A stretch of 64,000 bases of DNA, taken from positions 32,001 through 96,000 of the forward strand of contig CAVOUE010000003.1 in assembly GCA_963699545.1 (NCBI GenBank). Reading direction: 5' to 3'. This DNA comes from Nitrospirota bacterium. GTDB taxonomy: Bacteria > Nitrospirota > Thermodesulfovibrionia > Thermodesulfovibrionales > UBA9159. Within the stretch, counting starts at the first letter, position 1. Each line of letters starts with the position of its first letter. This document shows, one piece after another, positions 19,734 through 29,907 of the stretch. The notes beneath the pieces are model-generated. The model was not told the origin of the DNA. It ran no database searches and saw nothing but the letters and a program-made list of their open reading frames with translations. A program made the translations under genes and the position numbers.

Positions 19734-21770
19734 TTACCATTCCACCCCTCGTGCCTTAAGAATCTGCTGTATCTCCTTATCGCCCAATCGAGCCGCCTTT
19801 TGAAAATCGCGCACCGCCTCCTCTTTCCTGCCAAGCCGATGATACGTTTCTCCCCGCTCAAAATAGGCAGCGCTCCTCTCGGGATCCAGCGCAATCGCTT
19901 TACTTAAGTCCTTCAGCGATTCTTCAAATTGACCCAATTTCCTATAGGCAATTCCCCGAACATTATAAGCCACGGCATTATCAGGATCTATACTGACGGC
20001 CATGGAACAACTCTCGACAGCGTGAGGATAATCGGCCATCATTTTATAGAGCTCGCACGTATTAACGTAGAATCCGACCGATCCGGGCCTCAACTCAATG
20101 GCTTTATTCAGGTCTTCCAGTGCCTTCTGATAATCCCCGAGTCTCACATAAACATCAGCCCGATTGCTATATGCTGCTGCATATACCGGACTCACGTCAA
20201 TCGCTTTCGAGAAAGCCTTTATTGCCGATGGGAGATCGCCCATGCCTTTATAATACATGCCCTGGTTGTTATATGCCTCGTGGTAGCGGGGATTAAGTGT
20301 TATGGCATGGTCCAAATCTCTTATTGTCTCGCGGTACTTGCCCTGAGACGCATTTGCATCAGCCCGACTTACATACGCATCCGGATAATCAGGAAATCTC
20401 TCTATTACCGATGTCCACAGTGTTACACCATCCTTCCAGACCTTTATCTGTTTTATCGTTAATATCCCCAACAAGGAAAATACCATAAAAAGAACGAGGA
20501 AGATGATTCCCCTGTTCGTCCCTTTCACCCTTTCCATTGCGATCGCAACCCCCAGTCCTGCCAAAAGAAATGGCCCTGCACTCGGAATATATGCATACCT
20601 GTCCGCTGCCGCCTGCCCTCCTACCTGAATGATCCCCAGCACAGGCAGCAAGGTCACCACATAAAATGTCCACACAGCAGCGTAGATCTTCTTCCCCTTC
20701 GTCCATGCCAGGATACACCAGAAACTCATACCGATCACCACGAGAAACGGTAGGAGATAGGGAAGACCCAGCAGAGATATCCCTCCTGTCGGATAAGGAT
20801 AAAATGGCGAAAGCCTTACGGGCAACAGCATCTTCTCAAGATAGAAATACAGTCCCCGTACGGCCATTACGATACGATGAGCGAACGGGAAACTCTCAGC
20901 AGACTTTATAGCCTCCCCGCTCCGCTGAGCCATAATCGTCAGTATACCCAAGGCGAGACTGAGGAGAAAAAAAGGAACTTTCTCCATGAGAACTCTCTTC
21001 TGTGAGAGAATGTTTTCCCCCAGGCGAAGCCGCTGAAAAGGATACACATCAAGGATCATGAGCATTACAGGAACGGTCACCGCCATGGGCTTGGACAACA
21101 AGGCGCACAGGAAGAGAACGAGACTCATACGATAGTAGGCCTTGCCAGACCCTCCATCGCTCCCCCGGACAGCGGTATACTTAGCATACGTCGCAATGGT
21201 GAGAAGAACGAAAAATGTCGAGAGGACGTCCTTCCTCTCGGACACCCATGCCACAGACTCTACATGCACCGGGTGTATCCCGAATAACAGCGCGGCAACG
21301 CCGCCCGCGATGAATGCCCTGCGCTCGACACTTTTCGGATATGGGGATTTCCTTCCCCTGTCATTCAGTATCAGGTACGACGTCAGTAACCCAAAGAGCA
21401 AGGTGTTGAGACTGTGCAGTATGACGCTGCTGAGATGATGCCCCAGGGGATTCAACTCCGATATAGTGTAATCTGCAGCATGTGATATCCATGTCAGAGG
21501 GTGCCAGTTGCCCGCATGGAAATCAAAGAATGCCCGTTTAAGGAAATCCGCATCCATGGAGCGAATAAACCTATTTTGGTAGACATACTGGTCGTCATCC
21601 CAGTTCACAAATTGATCGGCAAGGGCAGGCAGATACAGAAGAAGGGTTATCACAGCGGCAATGAGAACGAGAGACTGCACATGGTCGCGGGGAAAAAGGG
21701 GCTTCCCGGTCTGCGGCTTTTCTGTAATTTTACTGATCCCGGGCCTGGACTTTGTTCCCTTCTTTTTCAC
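19734..21770 (-). CDS. TMTC-like GT-C glycosyltransferase with C-terminal TPR repeats (copy 1)
   Basis: FVNWDD, WHPLTWISH, HPVHVESVAWVSERKD, SKPMAV, ADRYAY and WKDGVTLW, followed by multiple TPRs. Confidence 0.85.
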   Translation of the reverse strand: MKKKGTKSRPGISKITEKPQTGKPLFPRDHVQSLVLIAAVITLLLYLPALADQFVNWDDDQYVYQNRFIRSMDADFLKRAFFDFHAGNWHPLTWISHAADYTISELNPLGHHLSSVILHSLNTLLFGLLTSYLILNDRGRKSPYPKSVERRAFIAGGVAALLFGIHPVHVESVAWVSERKDVLSTFFVLLTIATYAKYTAVRGSDGGSGKAYYRMSLVLFLCALLSKPMAVTVPVMLMILDVYPFQRLRLGENILSQKRVLMEKVPFFLLSLALGILTIMAQRSGEAIKSAESFPFAHRIVMAVRGLYFYLEKMLLPVRLSPFYPYPTGGISLLGLPYLLPFLVVIGMSFWCILAWTKGKKIYAAVWTFYVVTLLPVLGIIQVGGQAAADRYAYIPSAGPFLLAGLGVAIAMERVKGTNRGIIFLVLFMVFSLLGILTIKQIKVWKDGVTLWTSVIERFPDYPDAYVSRADANASQGKYRETIRDLDHAITLNPRYHEAYNNQGMYYKGMGDLPSAIKAFSKAIDVSPVYAAAYSNRADVYVRLGDYQKALEDLNKAIELRPGSVGFYVNTCELYKMMADYPHAVESCSMAVSIDPDNAVAYNVRGIAYRKLGQFEESLKDLSKAIALDPERSAAYFERGETYHRLGRKEEAVRDFQKAARLGDKEIQQILKARGVEW

Positions 21771-21774
21771 TTCT

Positions 21775-24033
21775 CTACCAGCGGATTCCCCGCTCCCTGA
21801 GAATTTTTTGTACTTGTTTATCGCCCAATCGGGCAGCCTTTTGAAAATCGCTCATCGCTTCCTCCTTTTTCTTCAACCGGTAATACGCAGCGCCCCGGTT
21901 GTAATATGCCGCTGCATCGTCCGGTGCCAGTCTGATCGCAACCGTGAAGTCCTTGATCGCATTTTCTAATTCACCCAGTTCCCCATAGGTAATTCCTCGA
22001 TCATTATAAACGTTGAACCTGGGATTCAAGTCGACAACTCTCGTAAAATCACGAAGGGCCGCTGAGGGGTCCCCGCTATTCCTGCTGGCGATCCCTCGGA
22101 GATGATATGTTTCATAATCCTTTGAATTGAGGCCGACCGACCTATCATAATCGCGTATCGCTACCTTATAGCTCCCCAGGGCATTATAGGAGAATCCCCG
22201 GTGCTTGTACGCTGAAGCACTATTGGGGTCGAGTTCGATCGCCGTAGAGCACTCTTTGATCGCTCCCTGATAATCACGCATCAAGTTCTTTACTGCACAT
22301 AAGTTCACGCGAGACACAACGTAATTCGGTTCCCCTGTGAGGGTCTTTTCGAGATCCGCCAGTGCCTTACCGTAATTCCCAGTCCGTGCATACACCTCAG
22401 CGCGGTTATTGTATGCCGCCGCATATCCGGGCTTCAGCTCGATCGCCTTCGAAAAATCTCGAATCGCCGTCTCATAATCGCCGATTTCTCTATACGCTGA
22501 ACCCCGATTATTGTACACTTCCTCGTTCCCGGGTATCGCCTCGATCACATGGTCAAAATCCCTTATCGCCTCGCGGTATTTCCCCAGCGTGAAATAGGCG
22601 TTGCCTCGATGAACATATGCCCCGATAAAGCGAGGGGTGCGTTCCACCACCGAATTCCACAGGGTGATGGAGTTCTTCCAGACACCAGTCTGCTTGATGG
22701 TCAATGCCGCCATGAGAAAAAGAACCACTGCAGGAAGCAGGAAAGGGATGAGCCTATTCTTCGCTTTTATCCTCTCCATAGCAACGGCAACCCCGATTCC
22801 CGCGATCAGAAAGGGCCCTATGCTCGCCATATAGGTGTATCGGTCGTGCGCAAAGCTGAAAGAAAATACCTTAACAACAGACACCGGGAGAAGCATAACG
22901 ATATAGTATATCCATACGGCCAGCCAAAGCCTTTTCCCTTTGTGCCACAGAAAAAAGCAGGAAGCGGTCATCGCCGTCATGAATAACAATGAGATGATGT
23001 AATCGGGGGCTGAAAGCGATACCTCATACGGTTCTCCATAAATGAGAGACAGATTGAATGGCCAGACCATTTTCATGAGATAAAAGGCCATAGCCTTGAA
23101 GGCGAGCAGCACACGGTCGTTGAACGGAACCGCCGTCAACGGCACGACGGCACCCATTTTCTCATGTACCCCGATATTGATCAAGGATACTATACCGCTG
23201 ATCACCGCAAAAGGGAGTTTCTCTATGAATATTCCGCGCCAGGTTCGCACACCGGAACGGAAGGTGACCCTCTCAAGAGGATAGAAGTCCAGGAGGATCA
23301 GGACAAGAGGGAAAACAACCGCCGCCGCCTTGCTCATCACCGCCATCATGAAAAACACGAGGGTCAACGAATAATAGAAAGGCCTTCGCCGGTTCTCTGA
23401 GAAGATGCAATAGTGAAGATATGATAAGAGACTTAACAGGAAAAAGAACGCAAAGAGCACGTCCTTCCTCTCGGCCACCCAGGCAACCGATTCCACGCGG
23501 AGAGGATGAATGCCGAAGAGAAGTCCTGTAATGACTCCCGCGATAAGTGCCTTCCTCCGTTCGTTCGCTTCTTCCTCTCCCGCAGGAGGGGGGAGCATTC
23601 TCAGTTTCACACCTTCGAAGAGCCTTACCACAAGAATCACCACAAGAAATGCATTCAGACTGTGGAGTATAACGGAGCTGAGATGGTGTCCGGCGGGATT
23701 GAGCCTCCATATCTTGTAGTCAGCTGCATGTGAAACCCATCTCAACGGCGTCCATTGGTGCTCCCGGTCGGTGAAGGCCCATTTGATAAAATCGGAGTCC
23801 ATGGAGATGATATGCCTATTTTTGACGACAAAGTTCTGGTCGTCATAGTCCACAAAGTCGTTCTTGAGGGACGGCAGAAAGACAACAAAGGTTATCAGGG
23901 CTACAAAGAGCGCGGTGTACCACACCATGGCGCCCGGGGAGAAACCACCCTTCGTCCCTTCCGCTTCCTTGGCCGGTTCCTGGGGAGATTTCCTCCCTTT
24001 TTTATCTCTTATCCTGTCCACGGTCCTTGCCAT
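21775..24033 (-). CDS. TMTC-like GT-C glycosyltransferase with C-terminal TPR repeats (copy 2)
   Basis: FVDYDD, HPLRVESVAWVAERKD, HDRYTY and WKNSITLW; longer TPR array; C-terminus DFQKAARLGDK shared with copy 1. Confidence 0.85.
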   Translation of the reverse strand: MARTVDRIRDKKGRKSPQEPAKEAEGTKGGFSPGAMVWYTALFVALITFVVFLPSLKNDFVDYDDQNFVVKNRHIISMDSDFIKWAFTDREHQWTPLRWVSHAADYKIWRLNPAGHHLSSVILHSLNAFLVVILVVRLFEGVKLRMLPPPAGEEEANERRKALIAGVITGLLFGIHPLRVESVAWVAERKDVLFAFFFLLSLLSYLHYCIFSENRRRPFYYSLTLVFFMMAVMSKAAAVVFPLVLILLDFYPLERVTFRSGVRTWRGIFIEKLPFAVISGIVSLINIGVHEKMGAVVPLTAVPFNDRVLLAFKAMAFYLMKMVWPFNLSLIYGEPYEVSLSAPDYIISLLFMTAMTASCFFLWHKGKRLWLAVWIYYIVMLLPVSVVKVFSFSFAHDRYTYMASIGPFLIAGIGVAVAMERIKAKNRLIPFLLPAVVLFLMAALTIKQTGVWKNSITLWNSVVERTPRFIGAYVHRGNAYFTLGKYREAIRDFDHVIEAIPGNEEVYNNRGSAYREIGDYETAIRDFSKAIELKPGYAAAYNNRAEVYARTGNYGKALADLEKTLTGEPNYVVSRVNLCAVKNLMRDYQGAIKECSTAIELDPNSASAYKHRGFSYNALGSYKVAIRDYDRSVGLNSKDYETYHLRGIASRNSGDPSAALRDFTRVVDLNPRFNVYNDRGITYGELGELENAIKDFTVAIRLAPDDAAAYYNRGAAYYRLKKKEEAMSDFQKAARLGDKQVQKILRERGIRW

Positions 24034-26289
24034 CTACCTCTTCCCTCCCAGCTGTGAAAGTATTCTGTGCGCCGTATTCCTCATGTTCTCAGGGACGTCC
24101 TTCTGGTTCAAGAGCTCCCGCAGGTAGTATGCCTGTTCTTCCCGATCGCCTCTCAGGGAACACGCCCATGCCTTATTGAAAAGGACAAAGTAGGACGGCG
24201 CATTGAGTTCCTGAGCCCTTGCGAAATATCCTCCAGCCCTACCCTCATCCCCCAGACCCCCCAGAATCGTACCCATACTGAGATATGGCTTGTAAAGAGG
24301 AGGGTTCAACGAGACCGCACGCTGCGCGAAAGGCAACGCCTTTTTCGGTCCCTCTCCCTTTATCAGCAAGAGGTTGGCCGTATCATCAAGTGCGCCGATG
24401 TTATAGGGATCGAGCGCGAGGACTCTGCTGAGATAGTGTGACGCGGTGACAAAATCGCCTTTAAGCATAGAGACCTTTGCGAGACCGTGAAGCGCGGCCG
24501 GAAACGCGTAATTCAGCTCCAGCGCCCTTTCATAACTCCTGAACGCCTCATCCACCTGTCCCAGAGACCGGTAGGCATCGCCCATCAGCGTGAACAGCGT
24601 GACCCTTTCTGTTCTCGGCACACGGTCGCTGAAGACCTGAAGATAGGTTTCGACCGCGCCTTCACTATCGTGATTAATAAACCTGTAATACCCCTTCAGA
24701 ATGTTAAGCTTATAAGAACCGGGGGACAGCCTCTCGAATGCATCTATTATCTTGCCAGCCTCTGACCTCTTCTCGAACAAAAGCGCCATGAAACCGAACC
24801 TGAAGAACGCCTCCCTGGCAAAATTGGGAGCTTTCATCTGCTCGGCGAGCCGGATCGCGTTCATATAATAGCCCTCTGCGTTCCTGTAATCAGACAATCC
24901 GTAATAGGCGTTGGCAAGTGCGAGATTTGCTCTTATATTATACGGGGCCTTCTCGACGCTGTCCTTCCAGAATGTCACAGGGTCCCTCCACACAAAATTT
25001 CTCTGGAAGGTCATGAGGCCGAGGAGGGCTGATAAGGCGGCAACGGCGATCCATAGTGTGAATCTCCCGGTAAGTCTCTCCCTGAAAACAACACAGATCT
25101 GGGCGACGATGCCGAACGTAAGACCGGCGAGGGGCAGGTAGTTCCTGTGCTCAAAATAGAAATCAGACCCGACAGCGAGAAAACTCTCAAGCGAGATCGC
25201 AATGAAATACCAGAGGACGCCGAATGACAGAAAGGGGAATCTTCTTAATGAGAAAAACGAAAGGATAACCGCTCCCGACACGAGACAGACCGAAAAAAGA
25301 GTCGTTGCGGGCTCGAAGAGCCCCCCTGAAACAGGGTATCCCCACCAGTCAAAAATGAGATTGTGGGGCAGGGGGAAGAGGAAGACGAATAAATACCTGC
25401 AGAGCACCCTCATTTCTGTGAGGATATGCTCAAGGGGAGTCCAGTATACATCCTGAGCCATCCATGCCTTGAATGCAAGGGGCTTGTTGACCGCAAGGAA
25501 TTCCTTTCCGATGGACAGAGCGCTCCCATAGACGGAGAAGTACCTGTTGACGATCAGGGAAGCGGCGAGGCCTATGCAGAGGATAATGGCAACCTTCTTT
25601 ATGAATGTCTTCGTATCTCCCCGTGAAAAGAAAACATAGTCGTAAAGAAGAATGAGCGGTATCGCCATCACCCCGTTTTCTTTCGAGAGCATTGCGAGGA
25701 TGATGAACACAACGGTCGTCCCATACAGTGCGCCTCTCGAAAGCTTTTTCCCGGCCCTGTGTGCAAATATATAGGTAATCAGCGACAGGAGAACGAAGAG
25801 AGCGGCGAGGGCGGTCCCCCTCTGAATGATATAGGCGACGGCGTTGCCGTTGAGGGGATGAAGGGCAAAGACGGCTCCGCTGATAAGCGCCACCGGGACG
25901 GCAAGCCGTCCGTCACGATCTTCGCGTGCACTCATCCTCACCGTCACAAAGGCGATCGCATAAAGGAGCAGGGAATTCACGACATGGATGAGGATATTGA
26001 AAAGCCTGAAGTTCACCGGACTGTAGGGATCGATCTTCTGATTGAGCAGAAAGGTGAGGCTCGTCACCTTCCTCACGCCGGCCTTTTCGATGACCTGCTC
26101 GATCCCTATGGGCTGGTTGATGAGCACGTCATCCAGCGCCCAGATGCCATGCAGGGAATTCGAATAGGCAAGGAAGGTAATCAGGCATAAGAAGCAAATT
26201 CCGATCAGATGGATGAATCGATTATGTTCCGGAGAGGCTTTCTCACTCCCTGATACTATGTTGCTAATAGCTGGGAGCCCCGGTTGCAT
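24034..26289 (-). CDS. TMTC-like GT-C glycosyltransferase with TPR repeats (copy 3, divergent)
   Basis: WALDD, HPLNGNAVAYIIQR, SKENG, FEHRNYLP and RNFVWRDPVTFW, then TPRs. The start codon is uncertain. Confidence 0.82.
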   Translation of the reverse strand: MQPGLPAISNIVSGSEKASPEHNRFIHLIGICFLCLITFLAYSNSLHGIWALDDVLINQPIGIEQVIEKAGVRKVTSLTFLLNQKIDPYSPVNFRLFNILIHVVNSLLLYAIAFVTVRMSAREDRDGRLAVPVALISGAVFALHPLNGNAVAYIIQRGTALAALFVLLSLITYIFAHRAGKKLSRGALYGTTVVFIILAMLSKENGVMAIPLILLYDYVFFSRGDTKTFIKKVAIILCIGLAASLIVNRYFSVYGSALSIGKEFLAVNKPLAFKAWMAQDVYWTPLEHILTEMRVLCRYLFVFLFPLPHNLIFDWWGYPVSGGLFEPATTLFSVCLVSGAVILSFFSLRRFPFLSFGVLWYFIAISLESFLAVGSDFYFEHRNYLPLAGLTFGIVAQICVVFRERLTGRFTLWIAVAALSALLGLMTFQRNFVWRDPVTFWKDSVEKAPYNIRANLALANAYYGLSDYRNAEGYYMNAIRLAEQMKAPNFAREAFFRFGFMALLFEKRSEAGKIIDAFERLSPGSYKLNILKGYYRFINHDSEGAVETYLQVFSDRVPRTERVTLFTLMGDAYRSLGQVDEAFRSYERALELNYAFPAALHGLAKVSMLKGDFVTASHYLSRVLALDPYNIGALDDTANLLLIKGEGPKKALPFAQRAVSLNPPLYKPYLSMGTILGGLGDEGRAGGYFARAQELNAPSYFVLFNKAWACSLRGDREEQAYYLRELLNQKDVPENMRNTAHRILSQLGGKR

Positions 26290-26720
26290 CTGATGGGAAT
26301 TCTTTGTACCAGCTGCCGTCGACAAAGACCCATTTCTCTTCGAATTCTGCAGGCGTCTCCCGGCTGACTGAACTCCTGACGCTTGACCTTTAGGGGCGGC
26401 ACCGAAAACACGATGCTCACATTCACCAGTCCTATGTTTCCTTCCACCTTCACATCCTTTATCTCAAAGGAATGGTATTTCACCGCTCCACGGCTCCCCA
26501 GGAACTTATACTTGTTAGTTTTCGCCTGGAAGAAGGGGTCGAACAGGTAGAACATCTTCTCGTAATCCGCCTTCACGGCAGCTGTCCAATACTCCTCGGC
26601 CCTCTCTCTGAGGAGGGAGACCTTGGAAGGAGAGTCCATCTCCTCAACCATCCTTCCCCCGGTAGCCGCGCACGCGCTCAGGACAGCGCCCACCAGTAAT
26701 ACCAGCAAGATCCTTTTCAT
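26264..26720 (-). CDS. lipoprotein with small alpha/beta (possibly NTF2-like) domain (frameshift at 26355-26361)
   Basis: Lipobox LSAC. Removing one base gives the C-terminus QPETPAEFEEKWVFVDGSWYKEFPSDATGAPSY*, matching the paralog ending EDTYLFIDGRWFRKF at 11377. Confidence 0.8.
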
Positions 26721-28072
26721 TTCTCTTTCTCTCCTTTATCGAGGGTAAAATCCAACAAGAACAGGTCAGCATTCTCTGCCGCAAGATCGTCGCTCCTCAA
26801 CCTAAAGAGCGGCATATAGTATTTATCCTTCGCCTTGACGATGTTGGCAGTATAAGGGAAGAGCCCTGCATTGAACCGCCCCGGCTCTTCGAGAGGGATA
26901 TCCTTTTCCTGCCACGTCTTCCCGTAATCCTTTGAGTATTGCATGTAGAGGTTGGACCGTATGTTCCGAAAATCCTGCCAGACGGCGATAACGGTGCCGT
27001 CATCTTCAGCCCTGACGATGACATGCTCAGCCTGTGTATGCTTCGAGGAATAGTGGCGCAGAGGGACCATCTCGCTCCAGGTAGTGCCGTTGTCTTCCGA
27101 CCTCACGATGTATACCGTCGCTTTCTCTTCCCCCTTCTTCTTCCCGTCCACAGCCACATAGATATGCCCTTTGGAATCGTTCGCAAATCTCATAACTCCC
27201 AAGGCAAATCCCCTTGTGCTTTCGATAACCGTTGTTTTCCATGTCGCTCCCTCATCATCCGAATACGCCCCCTCGACAACCGGGACGCCTTCGTAGGAGG
27301 TAAGCCAGAGGACGTGCAGTCTGTTTCCGCTCTTCATAGGTTGCATAAAAAGATTTACGACGCCGATCTCCTTAATCTCCACGGGATCGCTCCATGTTTT
27401 ACATCCATCCACAGACTTCCTGAAAAGCATATATTTTTTTGCTGGCATCTGCCCGCGGGGCGAAACAGCATACGAAAAAACATACGTCTTCCTGTCATCA
27501 GAAAGAACGGTCGGGTAAATGGCATACCTGTATCCAAGGGTCAGGTTCTGCGGCTTCGAGAATGTATCGCCGGAGTCACTCGAGCACGCCACATAGAGGT
27601 GATCTTTGTTGCCCTTTATTACTGTCTCGCCATACCACGCGACCGCCACATTACCCTCTTTATCCGAAGCTATCTTTATTCTCGACAGCGGCGCCGTCTT
27701 CCCGTCATCGATAAGGACGGTCTCTGAAAGGGTTTTTCCGTCGCGAACGGCACGGGAAAAAAGCCTCTTTCTATCCCCCTTTTCCCTCCATACAGCAACA
27801 AGATTTCTCCCCTGGACATCAAGGGCGAGACCGGACGCGCCGCTTTTCTCGCTATTGACGGCAAAGTCTTTCCCTCCCTCCACCCCACGGATGTGGAGCA
27901 TGCCCTTCGGGTCGTAATAGGCGCTCCAGATCTCGCCGCCCTGGTCGACTCGGAGAAGGTTCTCCCGGTATCTGTTGATCTCGGCGATGAGCTTTTCCCC
28001 CCCCGACACGGGGCACGGGAGAAGGCACATGACAACCCCCGCAAGGAGAATTCCCTTCCTCAATAATTCCAT
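26717..28072 (-). CDS. exported BNR/Asp-box beta-propeller (sialidase-like fold) protein
   Basis: GGAGGA RBS, signal peptide and five Asp-boxes (SSDSGDTF, SVDGCKTW, SDDEGATW, SEDNGTTW, SKDYGKTW); no obvious FRIP sialidase motif. Confidence 0.82.
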   Translation of the reverse strand: MELLRKGILLAGVVMCLLPCPVSGGEKLIAEINRYRENLLRVDQGGEIWSAYYDPKGMLHIRGVEGGKDFAVNSEKSGASGLALDVQGRNLVAVWREKGDRKRLFSRAVRDGKTLSETVLIDDGKTAPLSRIKIASDKEGNVAVAWYGETVIKGNKDHLYVACSSDSGDTFSKPQNLTLGYRYAIYPTVLSDDRKTYVFSYAVSPRGQMPAKKYMLFRKSVDGCKTWSDPVEIKEIGVVNLFMQPMKSGNRLHVLWLTSYEGVPVVEGAYSDDEGATWKTTVIESTRGFALGVMRFANDSKGHIYVAVDGKKKGEEKATVYIVRSEDNGTTWSEMVPLRHYSSKHTQAEHVIVRAEDDGTVIAVWQDFRNIRSNLYMQYSKDYGKTWQEKDIPLEEPGRFNAGLFPYTANIVKAKDKYYMPLFRLRSDDLAAENADLFLLDFTLDKGEKEK

Positions 28073-28152
28073 AATGTCCTCCTGCTTTTCGGTTATACTA
28101 CCACAAAGTAATTCGGCAGAGCAAACCTCGTTCTGAGCTCTTTCGAAGACAC

Positions 28153-28192
28153 AAAAAGTGGGGGGAACTCCGGGAGTTCCCCCCACTTTTTT
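28153..28192. terminator. strong bidirectional rho-independent terminator after the 28231-29502 gene
   Basis: Perfect inverted repeat AAAAAGTGGGGGGAACTC-CGG-GAGTTCCCCCCACTTTTT. Confidence 0.9.
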
Positions 28193-28230
28193 CAGACTGT
28201 ATTCGTGAGATCTTCTGATTTAGTTACGGT

Positions 28231-29502
28231 TTAGTCGACGCCTCCCGCCTCCAAATCGTTTATACCGTGCTGCAGTATACCAAAACCATCTGTGCTAGCG
28301 CCGTTTCTGATCCAGGTGAAGTTGTTCACCGCATTGGGAATGGCTTTCCCGGCGAGGGTAATGGCGCCTTCGGTATAATCAAGTTTCCCGACAATCGCAT
28401 CGGACTTCACCGATCCCGGGGCGCTTATACCTGCGACAATGCCTGTGGTTCCGGTCATTGCGCGGACACTCGTCCAAGCCTGTCCGCCGGTAACCGTCAG
28501 GTAAGTGACCTGTGCAGAAGTGAGTAACCCGCCGAGTGAGGGGTTCGCATATATATCAAGTCCTCCTGTACATATGAACTCCACGGCGTCGTTCCCAGAC
28601 AGCTCTCCTTCATCGTTGTCCCAGATACCCGGATGGAAGCATGACGGATCTTTCTGAATACCAAGACCGGCACCAACAATGTTCGTTGCTTCACTTGAAT
28701 CGTTAGCATCCGGATCGAGGCAGAACTGGATTCTCGCAGACGCATTACCCGTCCTTTGTCCAACAACATAGTTGGCCGGCGTAACGAACATCGTTGTTTT
28801 GAATCCCTGACCGGGTACGTTAGGATAAATCACGATAGGGGTCGACTCAAGGTCGGAGAAATTCTCACCTACTCTCGGTGAGCGAAGCACCTCGCCCTGC
28901 ATGTCGTTCTCGTCAGAGAAGAACACCGGGCTTATATCCTCGCCCCTCGATCCATTATATGCCACATATCCCCATGCACCGCCCGACGCTGTCTCAATTA
29001 TCAGAGCCTCGCCATAAAGAGATGCCTGAAACTGATCGCCATTGCAGCCCGAGTTGTTATCAACAAGGAGAAACGACCTGCTTGGAATCGGTCCACTAGA
29101 ATTACCAAATGCGTCGGGTGTGTAAGTTGCGTTCCCGTGACGGGCTGGCTGGTCGTTAAAGAGAGAGGATCCCGGGGTTGCTAACGGGTATATCCCACCG
29201 GCGTCAAAGCTGACGATATCGTTCATCGAAGACCCTATCGTAAAATCCTGGTTTACACAGGTCTCGAGCCTGTCGTTGCCAGAGGTCTTCTTATACCAGT
29301 ACTGATAGTGGAGCGACTGGCTGCAGAGAATAGTTTCCGGCGCTGACGTATTCACCACAGAAACCAGACTGAAGACGGTGTTGCTCTTTACCAGCCACGG
29401 AAACAGGATTGTGTCGGCCGATGCCTTTTCCACTGCCACGCCAAAAGAAAAAACTAAGGCGATAGCAAGAAATACGGCAACTGTCAATGTTTTGCTTTTC
29501 AC
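28231..29502 (-). CDS. secreted surface protein, major S-layer subunit candidate (paralog 2, 423 aa)
   Basis: GTG 29502 with AAAGGAGGT RBS; signal peptide ending ASA; mature N-terminus DTILFPW...VSVVNT; G/S/T/N/D-rich; multiple strong promoters and a strong terminator. The S-layer function is an inference. Confidence 0.65.
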   Translation of the reverse strand: MKSKTLTVAVFLAIALVFSFGVAVEKASADTILFPWLVKSNTVFSLVSVVNTSAPETILCSQSLHYQYWYKKTSGNDRLETCVNQDFTIGSSMNDIVSFDAGGIYPLATPGSSLFNDQPARHGNATYTPDAFGNSSGPIPSRSFLLVDNNSGCNGDQFQASLYGEALIIETASGGAWGYVAYNGSRGEDISPVFFSDENDMQGEVLRSPRVGENFSDLESTPIVIYPNVPGQGFKTTMFVTPANYVVGQRTGNASARIQFCLDPDANDSSEATNIVGAGLGIQKDPSCFHPGIWDNDEGELSGNDAVEFICTGGLDIYANPSLGGLLTSAQVTYLTVTGGQAWTSVRAMTGTTGIVAGISAPGSVKSDAIVGKLDYTEGAITLAGKAIPNAVNNFTWIRNGASTDGFGILQHGINDLEAGGVD

Positions 29503-29728
29503 TTTTAAACCTCCTTTACTCTTACAATTACGTTTCAAACTCTTTTCGGCCAAAGGCCAAAAATATGACTCAAACGGAACTTCCGGTCCTTACTCTCCCC
29601 TTTGCGATCACCTCCTTCTCATTCGAAATATTGGTAAGAAGTTCATGAATGCTATCTGACGATAGCTTGAAAAATCTCGAGAGTCTCACCCCCTCCCTTT
29701 CTGATTGATCTCGTATTCCGTTGAGCGA

Positions 29729-29757
29729 ATTATAATTCACGGCATTTCCTTTGTCAA
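29729..29757 (-). promoter_or_regulatory. sigma70 promoter P1 (perfect consensus)
   Basis: TTGACA(29757-29752)-N17-TATAAT(29734-29729). Confidence 0.88.
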
Positions 29758-29779
29758 GCCCATTATCCAAGCTAAATAA

Positions 29780-29808
29780 ATTGTAATGCAAGGTTTCCCC
29801 CTTGTCAA
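29780..29808 (-). promoter_or_regulatory. sigma70 promoter P2
   Basis: TTGACA(29808-29803)-N17-TACAAT(29785-29780), with an A8 tract just upstream (UP-element-like). Confidence 0.82.
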
Positions 29809-29847
29809 GCTTTTTTTTGCCGCTCAAACGTCGTCCTTTTCACAGTC

Positions 29848-29876
29848 AGTATAAACATGCAAGGCGTGGCTGTCAA
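29848..29876 (-). promoter_or_regulatory. sigma70 promoter P3
   Basis: TTGACA(29876-29871)-N17-TATACT(29853-29848). Confidence 0.8.
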
Positions 29877-29907
29877 GCATTTTATGGTTTCCTGAACGCT
29901 AAACAGT

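Noticed and set aside
26717-28072. Active sialidase call for the BNR proteins
   Set aside because: Asp-boxes indicate the fold only; no FRIP motif or evident catalytic set was recognised.
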